NCBI GenBank assembly: GCA_963707825.1
Contig: CAVPRP010000011.1
Span: forward strand, 314,952-378,951
Direction: 5' to 3'
Origin: an uncultured Acidobacteriota bacterium
GTDB lineage: Bacteria; Acidobacteriota; Vicinamibacteria; Vicinamibacterales; UBA2999
DNA: 64,000 bases
A model generated the notes under the pieces. That model was given only the letters and a program-made list of their open reading frames with translations, did no database searches and was not told the origin of the DNA. This document shows, in pieces, positions 35,664 to 46,182 of the stretch; positions within the stretch are counted from its first letter, which is position 1, and each line of letters opens with the position of its first letter. The translations under genes were made by a program, and so were the position numbers.

Positions 35664-38012
35664 TTGGACTACGGACGATTGGCAGACCCCGCTCGCCCGC
35701 GACGGGCACCGTGGCTGCTGCTGGCGGCCGCCGCAGGCCTGCTCGTGCTGGGCCTCGTCTACGCGAGGTTCGGCGGCTGGGGAGCCGCTGAGCAGCCTCT
35801 AGCGCCACCAGGCGAACGCGCCAACGGCGGCGGCCACCGCTATGCCGATCCGGCATCGTGTGCCGGCTGCCATGGCGGGATCGCGAGTACGTATGCGCTG
35901 ACCGGCATGGCCCGATCGCTCTCCAAGGTCGCGGCCGGGTCCGGTACGTCGCTGCCGGGAGTCACGGGAGGGCGCCTCTATCACGCCGCGTCCGATCGTC
36001 ACTACACGGTGACGCAGCGCGACGGGTCTCTGGTGCAACGCCGCCACCAGCTCGGGCCCGGCGGAGCCGAGGTGAACGTCCTCGAGGCCGCTGCCGACTA
36101 CGTGATTGGTTCCGGCAACCACGCGCGGACGTTCGTGAGCCGCGCGGCCGACGGCCGGCTGATGCAACTGCCTCTGAGCTGGTATGCCGAACGGGGCGGG
36201 CAGTGGGCGATGAGTCCCGGCTACGACCGGCCGGCCCACCTCGACTTCCGTCGCGTCATCGACGACGGCTGCATGTCGTGCCACAACGGCTATCCGCGCG
36301 AGGCCATTCGCGACAACGGGACCGGTCCGACGTTCCCCGCCGCGCTGCCCGAAGGCATCGATTGCCAGCGCTGTCATGGCCCCGGGCAGGAGCATGTCGA
36401 GGCGATGACCGCGGGCGATGTGGACCGCGGCCGGCGCGCCATCGTGAATCCGGGCACGCTCGGCCGTGACCGGCAGCTCGAGGTCTGCCTGCAGTGCCAC
36501 CTCGAGCCGACCAGCAGTCCGTTGCCGTTCCAGCTCCGCCGCGTCGGCCGGCCGCCGCTGTCGTATGTGCCGGGAACGCCGCTCGGGGACACGTTCATCT
36601 ACTTCGATCATGCGTCGACCCCGGCCCCGAACGATCGGCTGACCGACAAGTTCGAGATCGCCGGGTCCGCGTATCGGCTGGCGAAGTCGGCGTGCTTCCA
36701 GGGCAGTCAGATGACCTGCCTCACGTGCCACAACCCGCACGACGTGCCCCGCGGCGACGCCGCCGTGCAGCACTACACCAACGCCTGCCGGAGCTGCCAC
36801 CAGACGGTGCACGACACCGGCACTCCTCGGGTCGCCGGCGCCGGACCGCGCGCGACCTGCATCGACTGCCACATGCCGCGCCGCCGGACCGAGGATGCCG
36901 TCCACGTGGTGATGACGGATCACTTCATCCAGCGCGTCCGGCCAGCTCGCGACCTGACGGCGCCGCTCGAGGAAGCCGTGACCCTGGCCGCCAGTCGCTA
37001 CCAGGGCGAGGTGGCGCTGTACTATCCAGCGGCGCTGCCGCCGACGCCGGAATCCGAGCTCTATCTGGCGCTGGCCCAGGTGCAGCAGGGCGCCAACCTG
37101 GCCGCCGGCATCCCCCGGCTGCAGAAGGCCATCGAGAGTGCCGCCCCGGCGCCGGTCGAGTTCTACTACGAGCTGGCCCGCGCGCACGCCAAGGCCGGCA
37201 ACCAGGCGGAGGTCATCCGCTGGTCCGAGGCCGCGCTCTCCCGGGACGCCTCATTCGCCCCGGCGTTGAAGGAACTGGCCGGCGCGGCGACCGCACTCGG
37301 CCAGGGGGATCGCGCAATCGCTGCGCTGCAGCGCGCCGTGACGCTGCGGCCCAGTGACAGCCACGCGCTCGCCGACCTCGGCAATGTCTATCTCCAGCGG
37401 CAACGGCTCGCCGAAGCCGTGACGACCCTCGAGCGCGCCCTGGCGCTCGACGCCAGCCTGCCTCGCGCGAACAACAGCCTCGGCCTGGCGGTCATGGCGC
37501 TGGGCGATCGCGTCCGGGCGGAGCAGCAGTTTCGAGAAGCGATCCGCATCCAGCCCGACCTGGCCGAGGCGCACAGCAACCTCGCGAATCTGCTGGCCGG
37601 ACGTCACGCCTACGCTGAGGCCGCCGCGCACTTCGAGCAGGCCCTCCGCGCCGATCCGAATTACGCGGCAGCCCATCACGGCTATGGCCTGGTTCTGGCG
37701 CTGACGAAGCAGAATGCCCGCGCGGTGGCGGCGCTGCGCACCGCGGCCCGGCTGGAGCCGACGCGCGAACGGCTCCACACGGACATCGCCGACGTCCTGG
37801 CCGCCGCGGGAAATTCTCGCGAGGCGATGGCGGAGTACGGGCTGGCGCTCGAGGCGGACCCGAACGACTTCGATGCCCACTTCGGCCTGGCGGAACTACT
37901 GCTCGTTCAGGGCCGGACTGCACAGGCGATCCCGCATCTGCAGGCGGCTGCCACGAGCCCCGACAGGGCGCTGAGCGAGGCGGCCAAGGCGCGTCTATCC
38001 GCGTTTCGGTAG
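35664..38012 (+). CDS. Membrane-anchored multiheme c-type cytochrome (7 CxxCH) fused to a C-terminal TPR array
   Basis: N-terminal helix WLLLAAAAGLLVLGLVY. Heme motifs CAGCH, CMSCH, CQRCH, CLQCH, CLTCH, CRSCH and CIDCH. About 330 aa of TPR-like repeats follow. TTG start at 35664 (or 35679), 12 nt after the upstream stop. Confidence 0.8.
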   Translation: MDYGRLADPARPRRAPWLLLAAAAGLLVLGLVYARFGGWGAAEQPLAPPGERANGGGHRYADPASCAGCHGGIASTYALTGMARSLSKVAAGSGTSLPGVTGGRLYHAASDRHYTVTQRDGSLVQRRHQLGPGGAEVNVLEAAADYVIGSGNHARTFVSRAADGRLMQLPLSWYAERGGQWAMSPGYDRPAHLDFRRVIDDGCMSCHNGYPREAIRDNGTGPTFPAALPEGIDCQRCHGPGQEHVEAMTAGDVDRGRRAIVNPGTLGRDRQLEVCLQCHLEPTSSPLPFQLRRVGRPPLSYVPGTPLGDTFIYFDHASTPAPNDRLTDKFEIAGSAYRLAKSACFQGSQMTCLTCHNPHDVPRGDAAVQHYTNACRSCHQTVHDTGTPRVAGAGPRATCIDCHMPRRRTEDAVHVVMTDHFIQRVRPARDLTAPLEEAVTLAASRYQGEVALYYPAALPPTPESELYLALAQVQQGANLAAGIPRLQKAIESAAPAPVEFYYELARAHAKAGNQAEVIRWSEAALSRDASFAPALKELAGAATALGQGDRAIAALQRAVTLRPSDSHALADLGNVYLQRQRLAEAVTTLERALALDASLPRANNSLGLAVMALGDRVRAEQQFREAIRIQPDLAEAHSNLANLLAGRHAYAEAAAHFEQALRADPNYAAAHHGYGLVLALTKQNARAVAALRTAARLEPTRERLHTDIADVLAAAGNSREAMAEYGLALEADPNDFDAHFGLAELLLVQGRTAQAIPHLQAAATSPDRALSEAAKARLSAFR

Positions 38013-38047
38013 GGCTCCATGACGTCCGCAGGTGGGATGACGTTAGA

Positions 38048-38086
38048 TTCTGCTTGACAACGATTTAACAGATACTCGATTATCGG
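38048..38086 (+). promoter_or_regulatory. Sigma70-like promoter in a conserved block (second copy of 438-476)
   Basis: -35 TTGACA at 38054-38059, an 18-nt spacer, and -10 GATTAT at 38078-38083. Matches the 438-474 block at 34 of 38 aligned positions. Lies 60 nt upstream of the TonB-receptor start. Confidence 0.5.
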
Positions 38087-38142
38087 TCGCCGTTACTGCC
38101 CGGGTGTTGCCACGCCGGGATTTGACATTTTTAGGAGGGCGC

Positions 38143-41100
38143 GTGCTGAAGAGATTTGGCGTCTCGACTCGGCTGGCTTTGCTAGCCGCTCTGCTGCTGT
38201 GGGCCGCCCCTGTGATGGCCCAGAGTTTCTACGGAGGGTTGGTGGCGGTGGTGAAAGACGACCAAGGCGGCGTCCTTCCCGGCGTCACCGTCGTCGTCGT
38301 CAATCAGTCCACTGGCGAGCGACGCGATGCGGTCAGCGCCGTGGATGGCAGCGCGCGCTTCACCAACCTGGTGCCCGGCCCGTATCGGGTCGAAGCGGAG
38401 CTCACGGGCTTCCAGCGCTTCGTGCGCGAAGGTATCGCGGTCAACGTCCAGACCAATCCTCTCATCGACATCACGCTGGCGCTCGGCAGCCTCTCGGAGA
38501 CGCTGACGGTCACTGGTCAGTCGCCGCTCCTGCAAACGCAGAACGCGTCGGTCGCCACGACGGTCGGCGCCCGGGCCGTGCAGGAGATGCCGCTGAACGG
38601 CCGCAACGTGCTCAACCTCATCTCGCTGGCCCCGTCGGTGGTCCCGCAGGGCGGCGCCGACGGCAGTCTGACCGGCAAGAACGTCTTTGCTGCCGGCAAC
38701 TACCAGATTGGTGGCGGCACGGCCAACCAGAGCGCGTCGTTCTTCGACGGCGTAACGGTGCAGGACACCGCCTACGGCAACATCGTGGTGCTGACGCCGA
38801 GTCCCGACTCGGTCGCGGAGTTCAGCGTCCAGACCAACAGCAGCAGCGCCGAGTTCGGCCGCTTCACCGGCGGCGTCGTCAACATGGCCTCGCGCTCGGG
38901 CTCCAACGCTTTCCGCGGCAGCATGTTCGAGTACCACCGCAACCGGGAACTCAACTCCAACACCTACTTCGGCGAGAAGGCCGGTCTGGACAAGCCGCCC
39001 TTCACCCAGAACAACTTCGGCGCTACATTCGGCGGTCCGATCAAGCAAAACAAGTTGTTCTTTTTCTCGAGCTACGAGGGCTACCGCAACCAGGAAGGCA
39101 TTCTGCTGCGCCGCACCGTGCCGACGGCGGCGATGACCGCGGGCGACTTCTCCGACTTCCGCAACCAGACCACCGGGGCAGTCGTGCCGATCTACGACCC
39201 GTGGACGCAGTGCGGCATCAACAACCCCGGGTCGGGAGCCTACAACGGCGATTGCGGCACGGTGCCGAACCGCCTCCAGTTCCCCGGCAACATCATCCCG
39301 TCCAACCGCATCAACCCGATCGCCCGCTCGTTGCTGGCCTTCCCGATCTACGCCGCCCCGACCGTCTCGGGCCCGTGGCGCAACAACAACTACGAGACGA
39401 ACGCCCAGATCGGCGGCGACAACAACCAGCTGAATCTCCGCGGTGACTACAACGCCAGCCAGAACGTCCGCATGATCGGCCGGTACACCCGGATGGACTC
39501 GACCAACGCCCCGGTCGATCTCTACGGCAACGGCCAGTTGAACGGCGACCCGTATTCGCCCGAACACTTCATCACCACCCAGGCGATGCTGGCCAGCACC
39601 TGGACCATCAACTCGAGCACGGTGTTCGACGCCCGCGTCGGGTTCCTGCGCTGGGACTACGACCGCGAGCCGGGCAACCTTGGCATCAACCTCACGCAGC
39701 AGTTCGGTTTCGCGCAGACGCCGTACGGCGAGATCTCCCAGCGCAGTGGCATCCCGGGGATGGAGACGATTCCCAGCATCGCGGTCACCAACAACAACAC
39801 GATCAACACCGGCCTGATCTACGCCGACGACCGCACCTACACGATCACGCCGACGCTGACGAAGATCAAGGGCGACCACACGCTCAAGGTGGGCGCCAAC
39901 TGGCTGCGCGGCGAAGTCAACTACTTCCAGAACAACAATCCTGGCGGCACGTTCAACTTCACCAACGCGCCGACGGCGCTCGACGGCACCAACCCCGGCA
40001 GCACGGGCGACGGGTTCGCGGCGTTGCTGCTCGGGCTGCCCACCGGCGGCACCTACCAGTCCTCGAGCTACACCTACGGTCGCTCCGTCTACCAGGCCTA
40101 CTTCGCCGAAGACTCCTGGCAGGTGAGCAACAAACTGACCGTGAACCTCGGGCTGCGCTGGGAGATTCCCGGCGTCTTCACAGAGAGAGACGACAACCTG
40201 AGCACGTTCAATCCCGACGTGGTCAACCCGCTGCTGACCGGGATCATGAATCCGGTCACCGGGCAGCCGTTCCTTGGTGCCTTCGAGCTGGTGAACACCC
40301 CAGAGCGGCCCGGTCGAGGCATGCGGCACAACCCGCTCGATCAGTTGGCGCCGCGCGTCGGCTTCGCGTATCAGCTCACCCCCAGCACGGTGATCCGCGG
40401 TGGCGGCGGCAAGTTCATCATCCCCTCGACGGTGCGGTTCCCCGACGGCCCGACCGGACACGGCATCAACCAGCGCGTCAACAACATGCAGCCCAGTGTC
40501 GACAACAACCGGACATTCGTCGCCGACCTGACCAACCCGTTCCCGAACGGCGTGGAGAACTACCCCGGCCGCAGCGACAACTTCCAGCAGGTGCTGCTGG
40601 GCGGCGGCGCCAACCAGTTCATCTACGACCCCGCCGGTTACCCTGGTTCCGCGTATCAGTGGAACATCGCGGTACAGCACCAGTTCGGCAGCGACTTCTC
40701 GGTGGAGGCCACCTACACGGGTCTCGACGGCAACCATCTGCCGAACACCCTCAACTACAACCAGCTCGGGCTGGAGCACGTCAACCGCGCCGCCAACGAC
40801 ACGTTCGGTGTGCAGTCTGACGAACAACGTGATCATCCCGTTCGGCGCGGACGGCTACGCCTCGAACCAGCGCGACACCTGCTACGGCGCCTACCTGCGC
40901 CAGCAGGTGCCCAATCCCTTCGTCGGCCTGATTCGCGAGGGGTCGCTGGCCACGGCCACCGTCCAGCGCGCCCTGCTCCTGTTGCAGTTTCCGCAGTATG
41001 CGTCGGCCAATCAGCCCGGTTACGACGGCAAGAGCCGCTACAACGCACTGCAGCTGCGCGCCGACAAACGCTTCGGTGCCGGCAGCATCATCAGCGCCAA

Positions 41101-41836
41101 CTACACCTTCTCGCAGAACCTGACCAACGCTGAGACGGTGACCAACTGGCTCGAATCCGGCGCCGGGAATCCGACGGCCGGCTACCAGACCAACGATCTC
41201 GACAAGGAATACTCGCTGAGCGGCTTCGACGCCCGGCACCGTGCCGTGCTCAACTATGTCCTCGACCTGCCCTTCGGCCCGGGCCGTCGCTACTTCGGCG
41301 ACACCAGCGGGTTCGTCGGCGCACTCGTCGGCGGCTGGAGCGTCAACGGCGTCACCACTCTCCAGGCCGGCTTGCCCCTCGCGTTCTCCGCCACGCCGAA
41401 TCTCGTCGGCTTCGGCTACGGCCTGCGCCCGAACGTCGTCGAAGGCTGCGACAAGAGCGTCTCGGGGTCGGAAGAAGAACGGCTCAACCAGTGGTTCAAC
41501 ACCGCCTGCTATGTGGTGCCGAACGCCGGGTTCGTCGCCGCCGATCCGGCGAGCGACCCGCGGCAGCGCTGGGCTCTCGGCAATGCGGAGCGCGTCGATC
41601 CCGATCTGCGCGCCCACGGCGTCCACAACTGGAACTTCGCCGTGTCGAAGCAGACGCGCCTGGGTGGCCAGGTCAACCTGACCCTGCGCGCTGAGGCGTT
41701 CAACCTGTTCAACCGGGTGCAATTCGGCCCGCCCAACACCACGGCGAGCACCGCCGCAACAGCGAACTTCGGCCAGGTGACGACCCAGGCCAATCAACCG
41801 CGCCTCATCCAGATTGCCGCGCGGTTGTCGTTCTAG
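38143..41836 (+). pseudogene. TonB-dependent receptor with N-terminal CarboxypepD_reg domain; single frame disruption near 40806-40812
   Basis: GTG follows AGGAGGG, with signal peptide LLAALLLWAAPVMAQ. GVTVVVVNQSTGERRDAVSAVDGSARFTNLVPGPYRV is the CarboxypepD_reg domain. A plug and barrel follow, and the C-terminus ...RLIQIAARLSF ends in Phe. The N-terminal part ends at ...AANDTFG and continues in ORF 40808-41836. Length is 1 mod 3. Confidence 0.85.
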
Positions 41837-41908
41837 AATGTCTCTGCGGGTTCCACCTCGGGCTGCCGGTGAGCCCGTCGGCCACTGCGCAGTCGAGGCG
41901 AAATTCGG

Positions 41909-44066
41909 ATGAGCTCAGGTTCAGCGGAACTCAGGCCGCGCCACGGAGTCGGTCGTGGCGCGGCTGACGACGACCACCTGCGTCGTCAAAGCATTCTCGG
42001 GCTGCTCGCACTGAAGGACTCCGATGTCCGGATTGCGACGCTCGAGCAGTGCCGCGATGCCGTCGACAAGAGCCTGCACGCCGGCGGCGCCTTCTCGGCG
42101 ACGATTCCGCTGGTTGCGCTCTACTACGGCGGCTTCATGGACATCGATGTGGTCGATCCCACGAAGCGCGGCCAGGACCTGTTCGTCCTCAGCAAGGGCC
42201 ACGCCGTGGCGGCGCTGGCCTCCATCTACGCCGACCTCGGCTACTTCGACCGCTCACTCCTCCGCAACTCGCGGTCCCATCACAGCATCCTGAACGGGCA
42301 CCCGGGGCCGGTGCTCCCGGGCGTCCACCTCGCTACCGGGCCGATGGGGCAGGGCCTCTCGGTCGCGCAAGGGCTGGCGCTGGCTGGCCGTCACGCCCCG
42401 ACCTACGACTGCTACTGCGTGTGCGGAGACGGCGAGCTTCAGGAGGGCCCGATCTGGGAAGGCGTGATGTACGCCGGCCAGGCCCACCTCGACAACCTGT
42501 GCGTGATGGTCGACCACAATCACGGGCAGCTCGACCTGGCGAACCGCATGGTGTTCACCATGCCGCACCTGGAGACGGTGTTCGAGTCGTTCGGCTGGGA
42601 GGCCATCAGCGTAGACGCCACCCAGTACGACGGCATCTACCGCGCCCTCGAGCACTTCCGCTACCGGCCGCGCACCGGCCGGCCGCTGGCGATCATCTGC
42701 CGCACCACGAAGGGCCACGGCGCGTTGTCCGACGCGCTGAACAAGCACAAGGTGACGGTGCCGGACTCGCTCATCGAACAGGAGATCGGCCTGCAACGCC
42801 AGCAGCGCCGCGACCGCGAGCTCGAGCTCAGCCGGTTCCACCGCTCGCTCGCCGATCATGCCCAGGGGCGCGCGCTTCAGGAGGCGCTCGTCGACAACGC
42901 CCGGGCGATGCATCTCGACGTCGTCCGCGGCGCCGACGGTGAGCTGTCGCTGCCGGCAGCGGCCTCGATCGTGCACACGCGAAGGGTGCCGCCGCGCGAC
43001 AAACGCATCCGCTACGAGCCGGCGCAGCTGCCGAAGATCGACCGGGCCAAGCAGTACTCGGCCGCCGAGATCGTCACCGCGGCCATGAAGGTCTTCGCAA
43101 AAGACCCGAACGTCGTCTCGGTCGACGCCGACCTCGCCTCGACCAGCGGGCTGGAGGCGGGCGTGGCCGCCGTCGATCAGCGGCGGGCGCTGAACGTCGG
43201 CGTGGCCGAAGCCAACATGTTGTGCATCGGCGAAGGCTACGCCATCCAGGGCTTCAACGCCTGGGTCAGCACCTTCTGCCCGTTCTTCGACTGGAAGGTG
43301 ATGCGGCGCGTGGCCGTCGGCCACCAGGAGCGCCTCGAAGCGATTGCCGCCGCGGACGGCTGGCTGTCGGAGGGCCACGGACTCGACCTCACGATGCTGG
43401 CCACCGCGGCCAACTTCGAGACCCGCACCAACGGTGCCACCCACATGGGCAACGACGACAACACGATGTTCGATGGCCTGGCCCATCTGAAGATCGTCGA
43501 CTCGTCGTGCCCGCAGCAGATGCTCGCCATCATGCGCTGGATCATGGAGGGCAACCGCGGACTCGTCTACCTGCGGGTCATGCGCACGCCCTCGGCGGTG
43601 CTCTATCCCGCCGACTACGCGTTCGAGTTCGGCAAGGCCGTGGCGGTGCACGACCCGGCCGACGCCGCGGCGGTCATCGTCAGCAGCGGCCGCGGTGTGC
43701 ACGAGGCACTGGCGGCAGCGACGGCGTGCGCCGCGCAGGGCATCAGCGTCGGCGTCGTCGACATGTCGTCGATCGACGAAGACCGGTTGGTCGAGCTGTG
43801 CCGGTCCGGGCGGCTGATCTGCCTGGCCGAACAGAACAACGGCTACATCCTGCAGAATCTCCTCAAGGTGGTCTATCGGCGCTGTCCCGACGTGGCCACG
43901 GCCGCGCTTCAGCGCGTCGTCGCCATCAACACGCTCGGCGAGGGACGGGCGGCCCGCCTACATCCACTCGGCGACCTACGAGGAACTGATCGAGGCCTAC
44001 GGGCTCACGCCGGCGGCGATCGCCGGCGCCGTGCGGCAGGGGCTCGCAGCAGGAGAGGCGCGATGA
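41909..44066 (+). pseudogene. Single-chain transketolase-like TPP enzyme (N-terminal, Pyr and C-terminal domains fused through a roughly 100-aa linker); frame disruption near 43945
   Basis: TPP motif CGDGELQEGPIWE...VMVDHNHGQ. The Pyr domain carries NVGVAEANM. The natural tail [38 protein letters not shown] is in the +1 frame, and its stop overlaps the cupin ATG (ATGA at 44063-44066). Confidence 0.7.
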
Positions 44067-44449
44067 GCGTACCGGCGATCCACGAAGGCGACGTCGAGGC
44101 GCTCAGCCTGGGCGGCCGCGATCTTCGCTGGCTGGTGGCACCCGGTGCGATCCAGGCCAACCACTGCTCGACCTGCGTGATCGTGGTGCCGCCCGGCGAA
44201 CGGGTGCGCCCGGCGCACTCGCATCCGAACGGCGAAGAGGTCATCTACATCATCCGCGGGTCGGGACGTGTGCTCGTCGGCGGCGACGTGAGCCCGGTGC
44301 GCGAGGGCACGGCCGTGTTGTTCCCGCAGGGCGTGGTGCACATGCTTCACAACACGGGCGAGGACGAGATGAAGGTGGTGTGCTTTTTCGCCCCACCCAC
44401 TGGACTCGACAACTACGTCATGCACGAAGGCGTGGACTTTCCCGACTGA
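44063..44449 (+). CDS. Small cupin-domain protein
   Basis: 128 aa. [25 protein letters not shown]...[10 protein letters not shown] matches the cupin metal motifs. Translationally coupled to the upstream gene. Confidence 0.7.
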   Translation: MSVPAIHEGDVEALSLGGRDLRWLVAPGAIQANHCSTCVIVVPPGERVRPAHSHPNGEEVIYIIRGSGRVLVGGDVSPVREGTAVLFPQGVVHMLHNTGEDEMKVVCFFAPPTGLDNYVMHEGVDFPD

Positions 44450-44508
44450 CGGGCGCGCGACCGAACCAGCGGCGCCGCCTCGGTTTATTTCCGCGAGGTC
44501 ACCACATC

Positions 44509-46056
44509 ATGTCCGCATCGAAGAGCTCTACCGCCGACGTCCAGCCCACCACATCCGCCGAGACCACGCTCCCGCTCACGACGCATTTCATCGGCGGGCA
44601 GGCCCATGAAGGCACGTCGGGCCGCTTCGGCGACATCTACAACCCGGCCACGGGTCGGCTGGCGCGACGGGTCTCCATGGCGAATACCGCTGACGTGCAC
44701 GCGGCCGTCGCGGCGGCCGCGGCGGCGTTCCCGGCGTGGGCGGCAGCGCCCCCGCTGCGGCGTGCGCGCGTGCTGAACCGGTTCCGCGATCTGGTCGAGA
44801 AGAACCTCACGTCGCTGGCGGCCATCGTCACGTCGGAGCACGGCAAGGTGGCGTCGGATGCCGCCGGCGAGGTGCAGCGCGGCAACGAGGTGGTCGAGTT
44901 CGCGACCGGCATCCCGCAGCTCCTCAAGGGCGAGTTCACCGAGGAGGTCGGCACCGGCGTCGACAGCTATTCGATGCGCCAGCCGCTCGGGGTCGTGGCC
45001 GGCATCACGCCCTTCAACTTCCCGGCGATGGTGCCGATGTGGATGTTCCCGGTGGCCCTCGCGTGCGGCAACACGTTCGTGCTGAAACCCAGTGAGAAGG
45101 ACCCCACGACCAGCCTCGAGCTGGCGAAGCTGCTGAAGGAAGCCGGCCTGCCCGACGGCGTGTTCAACGTCGTCCACGGCGACAAGGAAGCGGTGGACGC
45201 GCTCATCGACGACCCGCGCATCGCGGCGCTCAGCTTCGTCGGGTCGACGCCGATCGCCGAGTACATCTACTCGCGCGGCACCGCCACCGGCAAGCGGGTG
45301 CAGGCGCTGGGCGGCGCCAAGAACCACATGGTCGTCATGCCCGATGCCGACCTCGATCAGGTCACCGACGCGCTGGTCGGTGCGGCCTACGGATCCGCCG
45401 GGGAACGCTGCATGGCCATTTCGGTGGCGGTGGCGGTTGGTGATGCCGTCGCCGACGAGGTCGTGTCGCGCATCACGCAGCGTCTGGCGACGCTCAAGGT
45501 CGCGCCCGGCGACGAACCGGGCGCCGAAATGGGTCCGCTCGTCACCGGGGCCCACCTCGAGCGGGTGCGGGGCTACGTCAATCTCGGGGTGAAGGAGGGC
45601 GCGGAACTGGTCGTCGACGGCCGCGAGGCGCCGTGCCCGGACGGGTTCTTCATCGGGGCCACCCTGTTCGATCGCGTCACGCCGGACATGCGGATCTATC
45701 AGGAAGAGATCTTCGGGCCCGTGCTGTCGGTGGTGCGCGTCCGCGACTTCGAAGCCGCGCTGGCGCTGGTCAACGACCACGAGTTCGGCAACGGCACCGC
45801 CATCTTCACGCGCGACGGCGACACCGCCCGCGCCTACAGCAGCCGCGTCAAGGCCGGCATGGTCGGCGTGAACGTGCCGATTCCGGTGCCGATGGCCTTC
45901 CACTCGTTCGGCGGCTGGAAGCGGTCGCTGTTCGGCGACCACTACGTGCACGGGCCAGAAGGGGTGCGGTTCTATACCCGGCTCAAGACGATCTCGTCGC
46001 GCTGGCCGACCGGCATTCGCAAGGGCGCCGAGTTCAAGATGCCGGTGCTCAGTTGA
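44509..46056 (+). CDS. mmsA: CoA-acylating methylmalonate-semialdehyde dehydrogenase
   Basis: [54 protein letters not shown] and the C-terminal RWP...F.MP are typical of MmsA/IolA. Confidence 0.9.
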   Translation: MSASKSSTADVQPTTSAETTLPLTTHFIGGQAHEGTSGRFGDIYNPATGRLARRVSMANTADVHAAVAAAAAAFPAWAAAPPLRRARVLNRFRDLVEKNLTSLAAIVTSEHGKVASDAAGEVQRGNEVVEFATGIPQLLKGEFTEEVGTGVDSYSMRQPLGVVAGITPFNFPAMVPMWMFPVALACGNTFVLKPSEKDPTTSLELAKLLKEAGLPDGVFNVVHGDKEAVDALIDDPRIAALSFVGSTPIAEYIYSRGTATGKRVQALGGAKNHMVVMPDADLDQVTDALVGAAYGSAGERCMAISVAVAVGDAVADEVVSRITQRLATLKVAPGDEPGAEMGPLVTGAHLERVRGYVNLGVKEGAELVVDGREAPCPDGFFIGATLFDRVTPDMRIYQEEIFGPVLSVVRVRDFEAALALVNDHEFGNGTAIFTRDGDTARAYSSRVKAGMVGVNVPIPVPMAFHSFGGWKRSLFGDHYVHGPEGVRFYTRLKTISSRWPTGIRKGAEFKMPVLS

Positions 46057-46182
46057 GCACCGCGAGGCCGCGGTCGCTCCAGGATTGCCTTCGGTGATCG
46101 CCGTGACGAACGTGAGCCGCGACTCTTCGACGTTGCCACAGTGACGACCAACGACGGAGCGGCCGGCCGTGAGGTGCGCGAC

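Noticed and set aside
41859-41877. CGGGCT-(7 nt)-AGCCCG hairpin after the TonB receptor gene as a terminator.
   Set aside because: The stem is only 6 bp with no T tract. The downstream gene starts 30 nt later, so read-through is equally likely.
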